Positions 27,597 through 36,744 of a DNA stretch of 64,000 bases are shown here, piece after piece (within the stretch, counting starts at the first letter, position 1; each line of letters opens with the position of its first letter). Source of the stretch: Acidobacteriaceae bacterium (GTDB lineage: Bacteria > Acidobacteriota > Terriglobia > Terriglobales > Acidobacteriaceae). Location of the stretch: contig PLXP01000144.1 in assembly GCA_003151435.1 (NCBI GenBank), positions 7,422 to 71,421 of the forward strand, in the 5' to 3' direction. The translations under genes were made by a program, and so were the position numbers. The notes beneath the pieces were generated by a model. That model made no database searches and was not told where the DNA came from. It saw only the letters and a program-made list of their open reading frames with translations.

Positions 27597-28847
27597 CTAA
27601 AGCTGGTTCATGTTGGCCAGGAACTCGGCGTTATTGCGTACCTTCTCGAGACGGCTGATCAACAACTCCATAGCCTCGACGGGCGACAACGGATTGAGTA
27701 CCTTGCGCAGAATCCAGATGCGCTGCAATTCTTCCTTCGGAATCAGCAGCTCTTCCTTGCGGGTGCCCGACCGCTGGATGTCGATGGCCGGGAACACCCG
27801 CTTGTCCACCAGCTTGCGGTCCAGAATGATTTCCATGTTGCCGGTGCCCTTGAACTCTTCAAAGATGACTTCGTCCATGCGCGAACCGGTATCCACCAGC
27901 GCCGTTGCAATAATTGTCAGAGACCCGCCCTCTTCAATGTTGCGGGCCGCGCCAAAGAAGCGCTTGGGGCGCTGCAAAGCGTTCGAATCCACGCCTCCCG
28001 ACAGCACCTTGCCCGACGGGGGCACGATGGTGTTGTAGGCGCGCGCCAGGCGGGTGATCGAATCCAGCAGAATCACCACGTCGCGCTTGTGCTCCACCAG
28101 TCGCTTGGCCTTTTCGATCACCATCTCCGCCACCTGTACGTGGCGAGCCGCCGGCTCGTCAAAGGTGGAACTGATCACTTCGCCCTTCACCGACCGCTGC
28201 ATGTCCGTAACTTCTTCAGGCCGCTCGTCGATCAGCAGCACAATCAGCACGACGTCGGGGTGATTGGTGGAGATAGAGTTGGCGAGCGACTGCAACAGCA
28301 TGGTCTTGCCGGTGCGGGGCGGGGCGACGATGAGGCCGCGCTGGCCCTTGCCCACTGGGGTCAGCAGATCCATCACCCGGCCACTGGTGGCCTCGCGTAC
28401 GGTCTCCAGCTTGATGCGTTCCTGCGGATAGAGCGGCGTCAGGTTGTCAAACAGAATCTTGTTGCGCGTCTCTTCGGGCGACTCGAAGTTGATGGCTTCA
28501 ATCTTGACCAGCGCGAAATATTTTTCGCCTTCATGCGGCGGGCGCACGTTACCGCTGATCGAGTCGCCGGTCTTCAAATCGAACTTGCGAATCTGCGAGG
28601 GCGAAACGTAGATGTCGTCGGGGCCGGGCAGATAGTTGTAATCGGGCGAGCGCAGAAAGCCGTAGCCGTCGGGCAATATTTCAAGCACGCCCTCGGCAAA
28701 GATGTGGCCCTCTTTTTCGCTCTGGGCCTGGAGAATCTTGAAAATAAGATCCTGCTTGCGAAGACCGCTGGCGCCCGGAATCTCCAGGGTGCGCGCGATG
28801 CGGCTTAGTTCCGTGATGTTTTTCTCTTTGAGTTCAGCGATGGTCAT
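27597..28847 (-). CDS. rho: Transcription termination factor Rho
   Basis: [23 protein letters not shown] (Rho N-terminal domain), RNA-binding [17 protein letters not shown], Walker A APPRTGKT and [14 protein letters not shown] 28847 follows AGGTGA; the track starts at a TTG at 28859. Confidence 0.95.
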   Translation of the reverse strand: MTIAELKEKNITELSRIARTLEIPGASGLRKQDLIFKILQAQSEKEGHIFAEGVLEILPDGYGFLRSPDYNYLPGPDDIYVSPSQIRKFDLKTGDSISGNVRPPHEGEKYFALVKIEAINFESPEETRNKILFDNLTPLYPQERIKLETVREATSGRVMDLLTPVGKGQRGLIVAPPRTGKTMLLQSLANSISTNHPDVVLIVLLIDERPEEVTDMQRSVKGEVISSTFDEPAARHVQVAEMVIEKAKRLVEHKRDVVILLDSITRLARAYNTIVPPSGKVLSGGVDSNALQRPKRFFGAARNIEEGGSLTIIATALVDTGSRMDEVIFEEFKGTGNMEIILDRKLVDKRVFPAIDIQRSGTRKEELLIPKEELQRIWILRKVLNPLSPVEAMELLISRLEKVRNNAEFLANMNQL

Positions 28848-29073
28848 GTTCACCTGCAACGGGGCGGGATGGTAGTGAGGGAGAGTCGGAGAGGGGAATG
28901 TGCTCCGGGAAGTAAGGCAGGAGTTCGTTACGGCAGTTGACGCGGCCGCGCCTTGCAGCTTATCCCGAACTCAGTCAGTGGAGTATGAAAACACCGGGAA
29001 GAGCGGCCCCCTTGCACAGGAAAGCCGCCAGAAACCGTGACTTACTCAACTATACGCTTTTCGGGAAACCCGG

Positions 29074-29295
29074 CTATGCTGCTCGACGCTGCTCGACGGG
29101 CTGAACCGCGGGTGCCGCAAAGGGCCCCAGCGATCCAGGATTGGTGGTGTGAAAGCGGTCCAGAACCTCGTTCGTTGTGTCCTGTAGCCGCGTGTTGGGC
29201 TTGTGGAGCTTGCGGGTTGCCTTGCTTGCCAACTGGCAAAGCTGGTAACGGTTGGACACGTGAGAGAGTGCCCCAAATACCAAATCAGAACGCAT
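29074..29295 (-). CDS. Small conserved protein, possibly RNA polymerase omega-like
   Basis: ATG 29295 lies 8 nt after GGAG. MRSDLVFGALSHVSNRYQLCQLASKATRKLHKPN resembles the RpoZ core NRF/YxLxxxAxKRARxL. The assignment is tentative. Confidence 0.45.
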   Translation of the reverse strand: MRSDLVFGALSHVSNRYQLCQLASKATRKLHKPNTRLQDTTNEVLDRFHTTNPGSLGPFAAPAVQPVEQRRAA

Positions 29296-29837
29296 TACAA
29301 AATTCTCCTTCAAACAAATTAGCCGCCCGGCCGGAACTGCTTGGCGCCGCCAGTGCAGCGGACAGCCCAAACTCACGGCTGCCCTAATCTTCCATTCCAA
29401 GGGATTAGACGCACGGACCGTACGTCCAGTTCAAAAACTTTGATGCATTTCTGCACATTGCGAAACGTATCGTCTGATTTTTTGTGATACAAGCCCGGTC
29501 GCGCGTGCCGCTTGTCCAGGTTCAATGTGAGCCAAACTGAACACACCGCTGCACCAAATGATTGAGCAGAAGCTCACTCTATCGATGCGGGAAATGACAG
29601 ACACGCACACCCGGCCGAACTCTGCGATCTACCCTTTTGGATGGCACTCATGAATGTATACCGAGCCGGGTTTTGGGTCAATAGTTTTTTCAGAGGTTTC
29701 CCTCAGCCCCGCAGAGCAGCGAAATCCGCAACGTCACAGGCCCATAACAGCTTTTTCCCCTAGGAGATACGAGAAAGGATCCCGGTCCAATCCCCGGCCC
29801 CGGCCCCACCTCCCCGTACCACCCTGTAAACCCCGCA

Positions 29838-30077
29838 TCATCCTCTTTTCGACAGTCTTTTCCCGTCGAGGGGCCTCCTCCACGGCCTTCCATCCGGATC
29901 GGAAAGCAGCGGTGCCCCGTCCCCGTCCACCCCACAGAACTTCTGCCGCCGTGGAACCGACGCCTTCGGAGAGGCAAATCGCTCATCCAGGCGAAACATC
30001 CCAAGGGCCATCAGCCCCAGGAAGGGAATCATGATCACGAGTGTGTCCCATTCGGACAATAGGTTCGTTGCGTGCAT
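29838..30077 (-). CDS. Small single-pass membrane protein, paralogue A (FRLDE / SDPDGRPW motifs)
   Basis: GGAGG SD 8 nt upstream. One TM helix (LVIMIPFLGLMALGMF), then RLDERFAS...PRRQKF...SDPDGRPWRRP. It is paralogous to the neighbouring ORF. Confidence 0.6.
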   Translation of the reverse strand: MHATNLLSEWDTLVIMIPFLGLMALGMFRLDERFASPKASVPRRQKFCGVDGDGAPLLSDPDGRPWRRPLDGKRLSKRG

Positions 30078-30204
30078 TGGTAAACCTCCATAGCAGGCTT
30101 CTCGATGGACATGAGAGAGTTCTCATGCCTTCCATTCAGGTCATCGGCGAAGATTGGAGGTTCCTTAGAATCGGAGGTAACTTCGGGCATTGCGCGCGGA
30201 AAAC

Positions 30205-30420
30205 CTAAGAATTGGGCTTCTTCCACGGACGCCCGTCCGGATCGCTCTGCATCAAGTGCTTCTCGGCTAACGGGAACTCACGACGGCGCGGCGCAGCGCC
30301 ACTCTTCCGCGACGAGCTGAAGATCTCGTCCAGGCGGAAATATCCGACAAACAGCAACACGATCAAAGGAATGCCGAATAGAAAGTCGTCCCAGCCCGAA
30401 GTTGATAGATCCAGAAGCAT
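30205..30420 (-). CDS. Small single-pass membrane protein, paralogue B (FRLDE / SDPDGRPW motifs)
   Basis: ATG 30420 with GGGAGG SD. TM helix FLFGIPLIVLLFVGYF, then RLDEIFSS...PRRREF...SDPDGRPWKKP. Confidence 0.6.
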   Translation of the reverse strand: MLLDLSTSGWDDFLFGIPLIVLLFVGYFRLDEIFSSSRKSGAAPRRREFPLAEKHLMQSDPDGRPWKKPNS

Positions 30421-30552
30421 GTTCGACCTCCCGCAACGCTCGCGCCCATGACGCGAGAGCACATTTATACAGCGGGATTGCCTGGGGCGCAAGACAACTT
30501 TCAGGGGATCGTGCCGGTAACCAACCTCTTAGCCCCATCGCCAAAAGGCATG

Positions 30553-32112
30553 TCAGGCCCAGTAACTGCGGTCGAGTGTGCGGTATTGAATGGCTTCGGC
30601 CAGGTGCGCCACGCTCAGGTTCTCCGCGCCTTCAAGGTCGGCAATGGTCCGCGCCACTTTGAGAATGCGATCATGGGCCCGCGCGGTCAGCCCCTGCTGC
30701 TGCATGGCGCGTTCCAACAGTCGCTCGGCGTCGGGGCCCAGTTCACAGTAGACGCGAATCTGGCGCGTAGTCATCTGCGCGTTGGAGTAGATCTTCTCGC
30801 CGAACTTGCGGAAGCGCTGCTGCTGGCGCTCGCGGGCCATCAGCACCCGCGCGCGAATCTCACTGGAACCTTCGGCAGCCGATCCGCCACGCAACTCCTT
30901 GTATTGAACGGCGGGAACCTCAATATGAATATCGATGCGATCGAGCAGCGGCCCGGAGATCTTCGCCACGTAGCGCTGAATCATCGGCGGAGTGCACATG
31001 CACTCGCGCGATTTGTCGTTGAAGAAGCCGCAAGGGCAGGGGTTCATCGCCGCAGCCAGCATAAACCGCGCCGGAAAGCTCAGCGACATGCTGGCCCGCG
31101 CAATGGTCACGGTATGGTCTTCAAGCGGCTGGCGCAACACTTCAAGCACATTGCGCGGAAACTCCGGCAACTCATCCAGAAACAAAAGTCCGTTGTGCGC
31201 CAGCGAAACTTCACCCGGCCGAGGCACAGCGCCGCCGCCAATCAGCCCCGCGTCGGAGATCGTATGATGCGGCGAGCGGAACGGCCGCTGTGTCACCAGC
31301 CCCGCCGCCGCGTCCAGCACGCCGGCCACGGAATGGATCTTGGTCGTTTCCAAGGCCTCATCGAAGGTGAGCGGCGCAAGAATGGAGGGCAGCCGCTTGG
31401 CCAGCATGGTCTTGCCTGAACCGGGCGGCCCGATCATCAGGATGTTATGGCTGCCCGCCGCGGCCACTTCCAAAGCACGCTTGGCCGTATGCTGGCCGCG
31501 CACATCCTTGAAGTCAACGGTGAAATGCTGCAGCTCGCCCAGCAGCGTTTCAGTCGCCACGCGAAACGGCTCACGCTGAATCACGCCCACCACCGCGCTG
31601 TTGAGCAAGTCCAGCACATCGAGCAGCGAAGCCACCGGGTACACATTCACGCCTTCCACCACGGCAGCTTCAGCAGCGTTGCCCAAAGGCAGAATCAGGT
31701 TCGGAATATTTCTATCGCGCGCGAGAATCGCTACAGACAACATGCCGGGCACAGAACGCACGGTGCCATCGAGGCCCAGTTCGCCCACCAGAAGGAACTG
31801 GCTCAGGTCTTTCACGCGCAGTGCGCCGTAGGCCCCCAGGATGCTGACTGCGATGGGAAGATCGAATCCGGAGCCTTCCTTCTTCAAATCGGCCGGCGCC
31901 AGGTTGATGGTGATCTGTGTCGGCGGAATCGTGTAGCCGGAGTTCTTAATGGCCGCGCGCACACGGTCGCGGCTTTCGCGCACCGCTGCGTCGGGCAGGC
32001 CCACGGTGTGGAACACGTCTTTGTCCGTCGCAATGCCGCTGTAATCGACTTCCACGTCGATCAGGTTGGCGTCAATTCCATAGACGGCCGCACTGAGGGC
32101 TTTAAAATGCAT
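30553..32112 (-). CDS. comM: YifB/ComM family Mg-chelatase-like AAA+ ATPase
   Basis: N-terminal Lon-protease-like domain (VEVDYS...[22 protein letters not shown]), Walker [23 protein letters not shown], and a C-terminal Mg-chelatase subunit ChlI domain. Confidence 0.9.
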   Translation of the reverse strand: MHFKALSAAVYGIDANLIDVEVDYSGIATDKDVFHTVGLPDAAVRESRDRVRAAIKNSGYTIPPTQITINLAPADLKKEGSGFDLPIAVSILGAYGALRVKDLSQFLLVGELGLDGTVRSVPGMLSVAILARDRNIPNLILPLGNAAEAAVVEGVNVYPVASLLDVLDLLNSAVVGVIQREPFRVATETLLGELQHFTVDFKDVRGQHTAKRALEVAAAGSHNILMIGPPGSGKTMLAKRLPSILAPLTFDEALETTKIHSVAGVLDAAAGLVTQRPFRSPHHTISDAGLIGGGAVPRPGEVSLAHNGLLFLDELPEFPRNVLEVLRQPLEDHTVTIARASMSLSFPARFMLAAAMNPCPCGFFNDKSRECMCTPPMIQRYVAKISGPLLDRIDIHIEVPAVQYKELRGGSAAEGSSEIRARVLMARERQQQRFRKFGEKIYSNAQMTTRQIRVYCELGPDAERLLERAMQQQGLTARAHDRILKVARTIADLEGAENLSVAHLAEAIQYRTLDRSYWA

Positions 32113-32305
32113 GATCGATAAGTTGCAGCGAGTGTATCAGAAAGCACGAACATCGAGCCGGTATCAGGGATCACAAACCAGGCCATCGCATCAACATATT
32201 CCGATTGCGCGCACCTTGAGCGCGGCACAATCCGGCGATGAGGCCGCGCACTTTGCGGGCCCCTTCCTCGCCGATCGTCTTTGTGCCTGGTCTTTGTGAG
32301 CCGTA

Positions 32306-32935
32306 TCAGTGGCGGTCGTGTCCGCCTGTCAGTTGAGTCATGGCCTGTTGATAGCCACGCCGAAAGGCTTCACGATACTCGCGTTGCAGTTGGTCCGGAA
32401 CATTCGGGCGGCGGTACTCATCGCGGTTGTTGGGGTCGGGCCGGCGGTGGTTGTCATAGTCCTTCCGCGCGCCATCCATACCATCTTGAAAGCCGCGGCG
32501 CTGAATCTCGCTGCCACGTTCCTGATCCATATCCCGTCCGCGCTCCGGTTCATGCATCTGAGGCTCCGGTGGGCGCATGGGCTGTGCAGGGCCGCCCATC
32601 AGGTGAGCCATACCGCGTTCGTAGCCGCGACGAAATCCTTCGCGGTACGCTTCTCGCACTCCCCAAGGAACACTGGGATGACGATACTCGTCGCGGTTGT
32701 TCACATCAGACCGGCGGTGGTTGTCAAAATCCCGGCGCGCGCCTTCGATGCCGTCATGAAAGCCGCGGCGTTGCACTTCCTGCCACTCCTGCGGAGGCGC
32801 ATCCCACGCGCCGCGTTCCTGTCCATACCCAGCCGCGGGTGAAGCCGCAGCCACGCCCGATGCGTTGGCGGTGGCCAGCCCGGCGCCACCCAAAAAGAGC
32901 GCAAGTACCGGCAATACCAGTCGATTCAGAATCAT
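32306..32935 (-). CDS. Secreted protein built from two about 65-aa repeats (period 90 aa)
   Basis: ATG 32935 after AAGGAAG, with signal MILNRLVLPVLALFLGGAGLATANA. QRRGFHDGIEGARRDFDNHRRSDVNNRDEYRHPSVP...FRRGYERGM is repeated as QRRGFQDGMDGARKDYDNHRRPDPNNRDEYRRPNVP...FRRGYQQAM. Confidence 0.65.
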   Translation of the reverse strand: MILNRLVLPVLALFLGGAGLATANASGVAAASPAAGYGQERGAWDAPPQEWQEVQRRGFHDGIEGARRDFDNHRRSDVNNRDEYRHPSVPWGVREAYREGFRRGYERGMAHLMGGPAQPMRPPEPQMHEPERGRDMDQERGSEIQRRGFQDGMDGARKDYDNHRRPDPNNRDEYRRPNVPDQLQREYREAFRRGYQQAMTQLTGGHDRH

Positions 32936-33066
32936 AGGTCGATCTTCCTTTGCTTCAGAGAGTTTCCGAAATGGTACTCCCTGTGCAGGAAGAATGCAGT
33001 GAGCCAAGCCGGCCCGGGCTTTTCTTTCTTCGCATGCCTCGCAGTTGTCATGCAGGCAACACAACC

Positions 33067-33103
33067 CGCTAACTCGCCAGGCCGCGCAGCGGCGCTAACT
33101 CGC
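33067..33103. repeat. Direct repeat CGCTAACTCGC x2 (26-nt spacing)
   Basis: Identical 11-mers at 33067-33077 and 33093-33103, in the divergent spacer between the repeat-protein gene and sdaA. The same CGCTAAC word family occurs at 44576 and 55503. Confidence 0.6.
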
Positions 33104-33201
33104 AGGTTTTGCAATGAACCGTCGGTGCTGCTGTCGGATTAACTTGAATGATCACATTAGCGGGAGAATCTCGGGCACACCACCCGCATCAGATCCAGTT
33201 C

Positions 33202-33250
33202 TCCCTATTCCCTATTCCCTGTTCCATGATCCCTGTCCCTTCACCCCTCT
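33202..33250. repeat. Heptanucleotide tandem array (TCCCTRT-type, about 7 copies)
   Basis: TCCCTAT TCCCTAT TCCCTGT TCCATGA TCCCTGT CCCTTCA CCCCTCT, ending 20 nt before the sdaA GTG start. Confidence 0.7.
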
Positions 33251-33269
33251 CCCCCGGTACAATCTCTCC

Positions 33270-34721
33270 GTGACGAGTTTTTTCGATCTCTACAAAATCG
33301 GTGTTGGCCCTTCGAGTTCACACACCATGGGCCCCATGCGCGCGGCCTTTCGTTTTGCCCACGGTCTCATGGAGCGCGGACTCCTGCCGGAAGTCAATCG
33401 CGTGCAGGCGGAACTGTTCGGCTCGCTTGCTCTTACCGGAATGGGGCACGCCACCGACCGCGCCGTGCTGCTGGGCCTCGCGGGCAACGAGCCCGCCACC
33501 ATCGACCCCGCTTCCATCTCCGCCTCCGTTGCCGCTATTCGTGAGACAAAGCATCTGCCTCTCGCCGCGGAGCGTTCCATCCCGTTTGACGAATCACGCG
33601 ACCTGCTCTTCAATCGCTCCACCATGTTTCCTCCCGGCGCGCGCACGCAGCACCCCAACGGTCTGCGATTGACGGCGTACGACACCGGCGGCGCAGTGCT
33701 CGATGAGCGCACCTTCTTCTCCATCGGCGGTGGATTCATCACCGAGGACAGCGCCGCACCTGCGACGGATCCAACGGCGACAGGCGGCGGTGCAACTAAA
33801 CAAGATCCGCTGATTCCATTTCCTTTTCACAGTGCGGCCGAACTGCTGCAGATTGCAGAGATCAACCACCTCACCATTAGCCAGGTCATGTTGCAGAACG
33901 AGTGTTCCCTCATGCCGCGGAATCTTGCACCGCACGATGCCGAGCCGTCACCGGAGGCGCAGGTGCGTGCGCGCATCGAACATATCTGGCAGGCCATGCG
34001 CACTTGCGTAGACCGCGGCATGACCACCGAGGGCATTCTACCCGGCGGCTTGAATGTGCGCCGCCGCGCCAAACGGCTCGCCGAGCGGCTGCGCGACAAA
34101 GAGGCCAATGGCAAGAGCAGCGATCCGCTGGCCCCGCTCGATTGGGTCACCGTCTACGCCATGGCTGTGAATGAAGAGAACGCCGCGGGAGGCCGCGTGG
34201 TGACCGCGCCCACAAATGGAGCCGCGGGCGTAGTGCCGGCCGTGGCCCTCTACTACGAGCACTTCACTCCCGATGCGGATCACGAGGGCATCATGCGCTA
34301 CTTCCTCACCTCCGCCGCCGTCGGCATCCTATATAAGGAGAACGCGTCCATTAGCGGCGCTGAAGTCGGCTGCCAGGGAGAAGTGGGCGTGGCCTGCTCC
34401 ATGGCCGCGGGCGGGTTGACCGCGGCGCTCGGCGGCACCAACGCGCAAATCGAGCACGCCGCCGAAATCGCGATGGAACACAACCTCGGCATGACCTGCG
34501 ATCCCATTGGCGGACTGGTGCAAATCCCGTGCATCGAACGCAATGCCATGGGCGCGGTCAAGGCGGTGCATGCCTCGCGCATCGCCATGAACGAAACCGA
34601 GGGCCACAAGGTTTCGCTCGACCAGGTCATCCGCACCATGTATCTCACCGGCCTCGACATGCAATCGCGCTACAAGGAAACAAGCCTTGCCGGCCTTGCC
34701 CTCAACATCATCGAGTGCTAA
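33270..34721 (+). CDS. sdaA: L-serine ammonia-lyase (Fe-S dependent, single chain)
   Basis: GTG 33270 gives [23 protein letters not shown], the canonical SdaA N-terminus. The C-terminal alpha-domain has [18 protein letters not shown]. The 52-codon upstream extension in the track is implausible. Confidence 0.9.
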   Translation: MTSFFDLYKIGVGPSSSHTMGPMRAAFRFAHGLMERGLLPEVNRVQAELFGSLALTGMGHATDRAVLLGLAGNEPATIDPASISASVAAIRETKHLPLAAERSIPFDESRDLLFNRSTMFPPGARTQHPNGLRLTAYDTGGAVLDERTFFSIGGGFITEDSAAPATDPTATGGGATKQDPLIPFPFHSAAELLQIAEINHLTISQVMLQNECSLMPRNLAPHDAEPSPEAQVRARIEHIWQAMRTCVDRGMTTEGILPGGLNVRRRAKRLAERLRDKEANGKSSDPLAPLDWVTVYAMAVNEENAAGGRVVTAPTNGAAGVVPAVALYYEHFTPDADHEGIMRYFLTSAAVGILYKENASISGAEVGCQGEVGVACSMAAGGLTAALGGTNAQIEHAAEIAMEHNLGMTCDPIGGLVQIPCIERNAMGAVKAVHASRIAMNETEGHKVSLDQVIRTMYLTGLDMQSRYKETSLAGLALNIIEC

Positions 34722-34769
34722 CGCCGAAGCATTCATCCCAAACAGGTTGAACGAACTGATCGCGTTCCA

Positions 34770-35612
34770 TTGATAGAGGAAGCTAGATTGCCGACACCTG
34801 AGAATGGTTTCATCGAATCGGCCCTCGCTGAAGCACCGCCGGCATCGCCGCTTCCACCTGCCGCCATCGCGCCCGTCTGGCACACCGTCATTCTCATGGC
34901 GGCCATCGTCGCGCTTTCCATCCAGGGCGCCGCGGAGTTTGCAGGAAAACAGGCCGGAGCTAACCGCCTCATCACCTATGCCGCCACCATTGCATCCGAA
35001 TTATTGATGCTCGGCTGGGTTTGGTTGGGGCTCCGCCTCCGGAAAACTCCCTTCCGTTCGCTGTTCGGTTCCGTTTCCTTCAACCTTCGTTCCATTGCCC
35101 TTGACCTGGGCTTCGCATTTGCGTTCTGGATTGGCTCACTCATCGTGCTGGGCACCATCGGCATTTTCTGGACGGTGGTTGAAGCCGTCATTACGCATCG
35201 CCCGCTGCTTCACGCCGGAAAGGCCACAGCCGACCCGTCGCAACAGCAGGCCATTCACGCGCTCAGCTCGCTTGTGCCCACCAACGGTCGCGAGGTTGCT
35301 GCCTGGATACTGGTCTGCATCGTCGCCGGATTCGCGGAAGAACTGATCTTTCGCGGTTACTTTCAGCGCCAGTTCATTGCATGGTCGCGCGGCACGATTG
35401 CAGTGGGCGTGGTGTTTTCCGCGCTGCTGTTCGGCGCCGCGCATGGATACCAGGGCGTGCGCAACATGGTGATGCTTTCCGTTTTCGGTGCGCTCTTCAG
35501 CCTTCTCGCGCTCTTCCGCCGCAGCCTGCGCCCCGGCATCATCGCCCATGCATGGCACGATGGCATCGCCGGTCTCGCTCTTGCATTACTCAAAGCGCAC
35601 CATCTCATTTGA
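34770..35612 (+). CDS. CPBP (CAAX) family intramembrane glutamic endopeptidase
   Basis: AGFAEELIFRGYFQ (EExxxR), FGAAHGYQG and IAHAWHD motifs in a polytopic membrane protein. The TTG start is uncertain. Confidence 0.8.
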   Translation: MIEEARLPTPENGFIESALAEAPPASPLPPAAIAPVWHTVILMAAIVALSIQGAAEFAGKQAGANRLITYAATIASELLMLGWVWLGLRLRKTPFRSLFGSVSFNLRSIALDLGFAFAFWIGSLIVLGTIGIFWTVVEAVITHRPLLHAGKATADPSQQQAIHALSSLVPTNGREVAAWILVCIVAGFAEELIFRGYFQRQFIAWSRGTIAVGVVFSALLFGAAHGYQGVRNMVMLSVFGALFSLLALFRRSLRPGIIAHAWHDGIAGLALALLKAHHLI

Positions 35613-35684
35613 GTCTTGAGAGTGACTTGAAATTCAACAATGAAAAATTGTTGCCACTTTTTCCACCTATCATTCGTTTTTTTC

Positions 35685-35713
35685 TTGACACTGTTGAAAC
35701 ATGAATCTATACA
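35685..35713 (+). promoter_or_regulatory. Sigma-70-like promoter candidate for the Lys-rich micro-gene
   Basis: TTGACA (35685-35690), 17-nt spacer, TATACA (35708-35713), preceded by a T-rich tract (CATTCGTTTTTTTC). Confidence 0.4.
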
Positions 35714-35776
35714 TTCCTCAACTGCAATGTGTTGTTGCAGCATCGATGCAAACCATCGAAAAGGGAGAATAGGCAA

Positions 35777-35848
35777 ATGGCAACGAAAAAGGCAGCCAAG
35801 AAAGCACCCGCGAAGAAAGCCGCGAAGAAAGCTACAAAGAAAAAGTAG
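35777..35848 (+). CDS. 23-aa Lys/Ala-rich basic peptide (MATKKAAKKAPAKKAAKKATKKK)
   Basis: AAGGGAGA SD 8 nt upstream of the ATG. A strong terminator lies 25 nt after the TAG and a promoter-like site about 65 nt upstream. It is too short for the ORF track. Confidence 0.5.
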   Translation: MATKKAAKKAPAKKAAKKATKKK

Positions 35849-35872
35849 CTCTAACCAACAGGCAACACTCTA

Positions 35873-35895
35873 GGGGGACGCTCAAAGCGTCCCCC
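35873..35895 (+). terminator. Rho-independent terminator
   Basis: GGGGGACGC-TCAAA-GCGTCCCCC, a perfect 9-bp stem followed by TTAGTGTTTCT. Confidence 0.8.
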
Positions 35896-35989
35896 TTAGT
35901 GTTTCTGGGCGCGTTTGCCGGCGATTGCGCTTTTCTGAAAACGCCATTCCCCCGAAAAGGCTAAACTTTGTGGGGAGGGTTGCACAACC

Positions 35990-36721
35990 ATGACGCGCCG
36001 CCGCTGGATTGCCGAACACTGGGATGAAGCCACCGCTACCATCACCGGGGCACAGGCCGAACACATGAGCCGCGTGCTCCGCGCACAGCCAGGCATGGAA
36101 GCCGATATAGTGGCGGGCGGCCACGTTTTCCACGCGGAAGTGGTTGCCGTCGCGCCCCGTGAGGTCCGCTTCAACCTGATCACTGAACTTCAGGCCGATC
36201 CCGCGCTGCCCGTCACCCTGGTCGTTTCCATTTATAAGTTCGACCACATGGAGTGGGCCATCGAGAAGGCCACCGAGTTGGGAGTGGCCGCGATCGTGCC
36301 GGTGATCGCGCGCCGGACGGAAAAGCATCTGGCCCTGGCCGCAGAGAAACGCGCCGAACGATGGCGCCGCATCGCCCACGAAGCCGCCCAGCAGTCGCGG
36401 CGGTCCGATGTTCCCACCGTCGACGATCCTGCTCCGCTCGCGCAGCGAGTGCGCGCCACAGCCCATGCCACACGCATCGTGCTTGCGGAGCAGGAGCGGG
36501 GCACCGCTCTGCGCACCGTCATCGAAGAGGCTGTCGCGGCGGCGCAAGACGAAATGCCTGCGCTCGAGATCGCAATCGGACCCGAAGGGGGCTGGGCGCC
36601 CGAAGAAGAAGCGCTCTTCGATGCCAACGGCTGGCGCGCCGCATCGCTCGGCCCGCGCATCCTTCGCGCTGAGACCGCCGCTATCGCCGCGCTATCCGTT
36701 GTAGCTTCGTTTTTGGAATGA
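35990..36721 (+). CDS. rsmE: 16S rRNA (uracil1498-N3)-methyltransferase
   Basis: MTRRRW..., KFDHMEWAIEKATELGVAAIVPV, IAIGPEGGW..EE and LGPRILRAETAAIAALS are RsmE hallmarks. Confidence 0.85.
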   Translation: MTRRRWIAEHWDEATATITGAQAEHMSRVLRAQPGMEADIVAGGHVFHAEVVAVAPREVRFNLITELQADPALPVTLVVSIYKFDHMEWAIEKATELGVAAIVPVIARRTEKHLALAAEKRAERWRRIAHEAAQQSRRSDVPTVDDPAPLAQRVRATAHATRIVLAEQERGTALRTVIEEAVAAAQDEMPALEIAIGPEGGWAPEEEALFDANGWRAASLGPRILRAETAAIAALSVVASFLE

Positions 36722-36744
36722 ACGGCGTCTGAAAGAAGAGAATC

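Noticed and set aside
27348-28808. 486-aa plus-strand ORF covering tRNA-Ala and most of rho.
   Set aside because: It is antisense to an unmistakable rho gene and runs through a tRNA. Its translation is Arg/Gly/His-rich low-complexity sequence with no motifs. This is the typical high-GC antisense-ORF artefact.
29400-29837. Looked for a third copy of the FRLDE/SDPDGRPW small-protein family and for an ncRNA in the 440-bp spacer.
   Set aside because: Minus-strand frames here give only unrelated 25- and 48-codon ORFs (the longer with a GTG start) lacking the motifs. I could not recognise SRP, 6S, tmRNA or riboswitch signatures by eye.
33114-33269. The 52-codon N-terminal extension of the sdaA ORF in the track. 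Similar extensions lie at 38964-39116 (uxaA-like), 39870-40037 (MIP channel), 51333-51536 (gvpL-like), 4257-4349 and 11450-11545.
   Set aside because: The extensions are Cys/Arg/Pro-rich, run through intergenic repeats, and precede internal starts. Those internal starts have SD sequences and reproduce canonical family N-termini.
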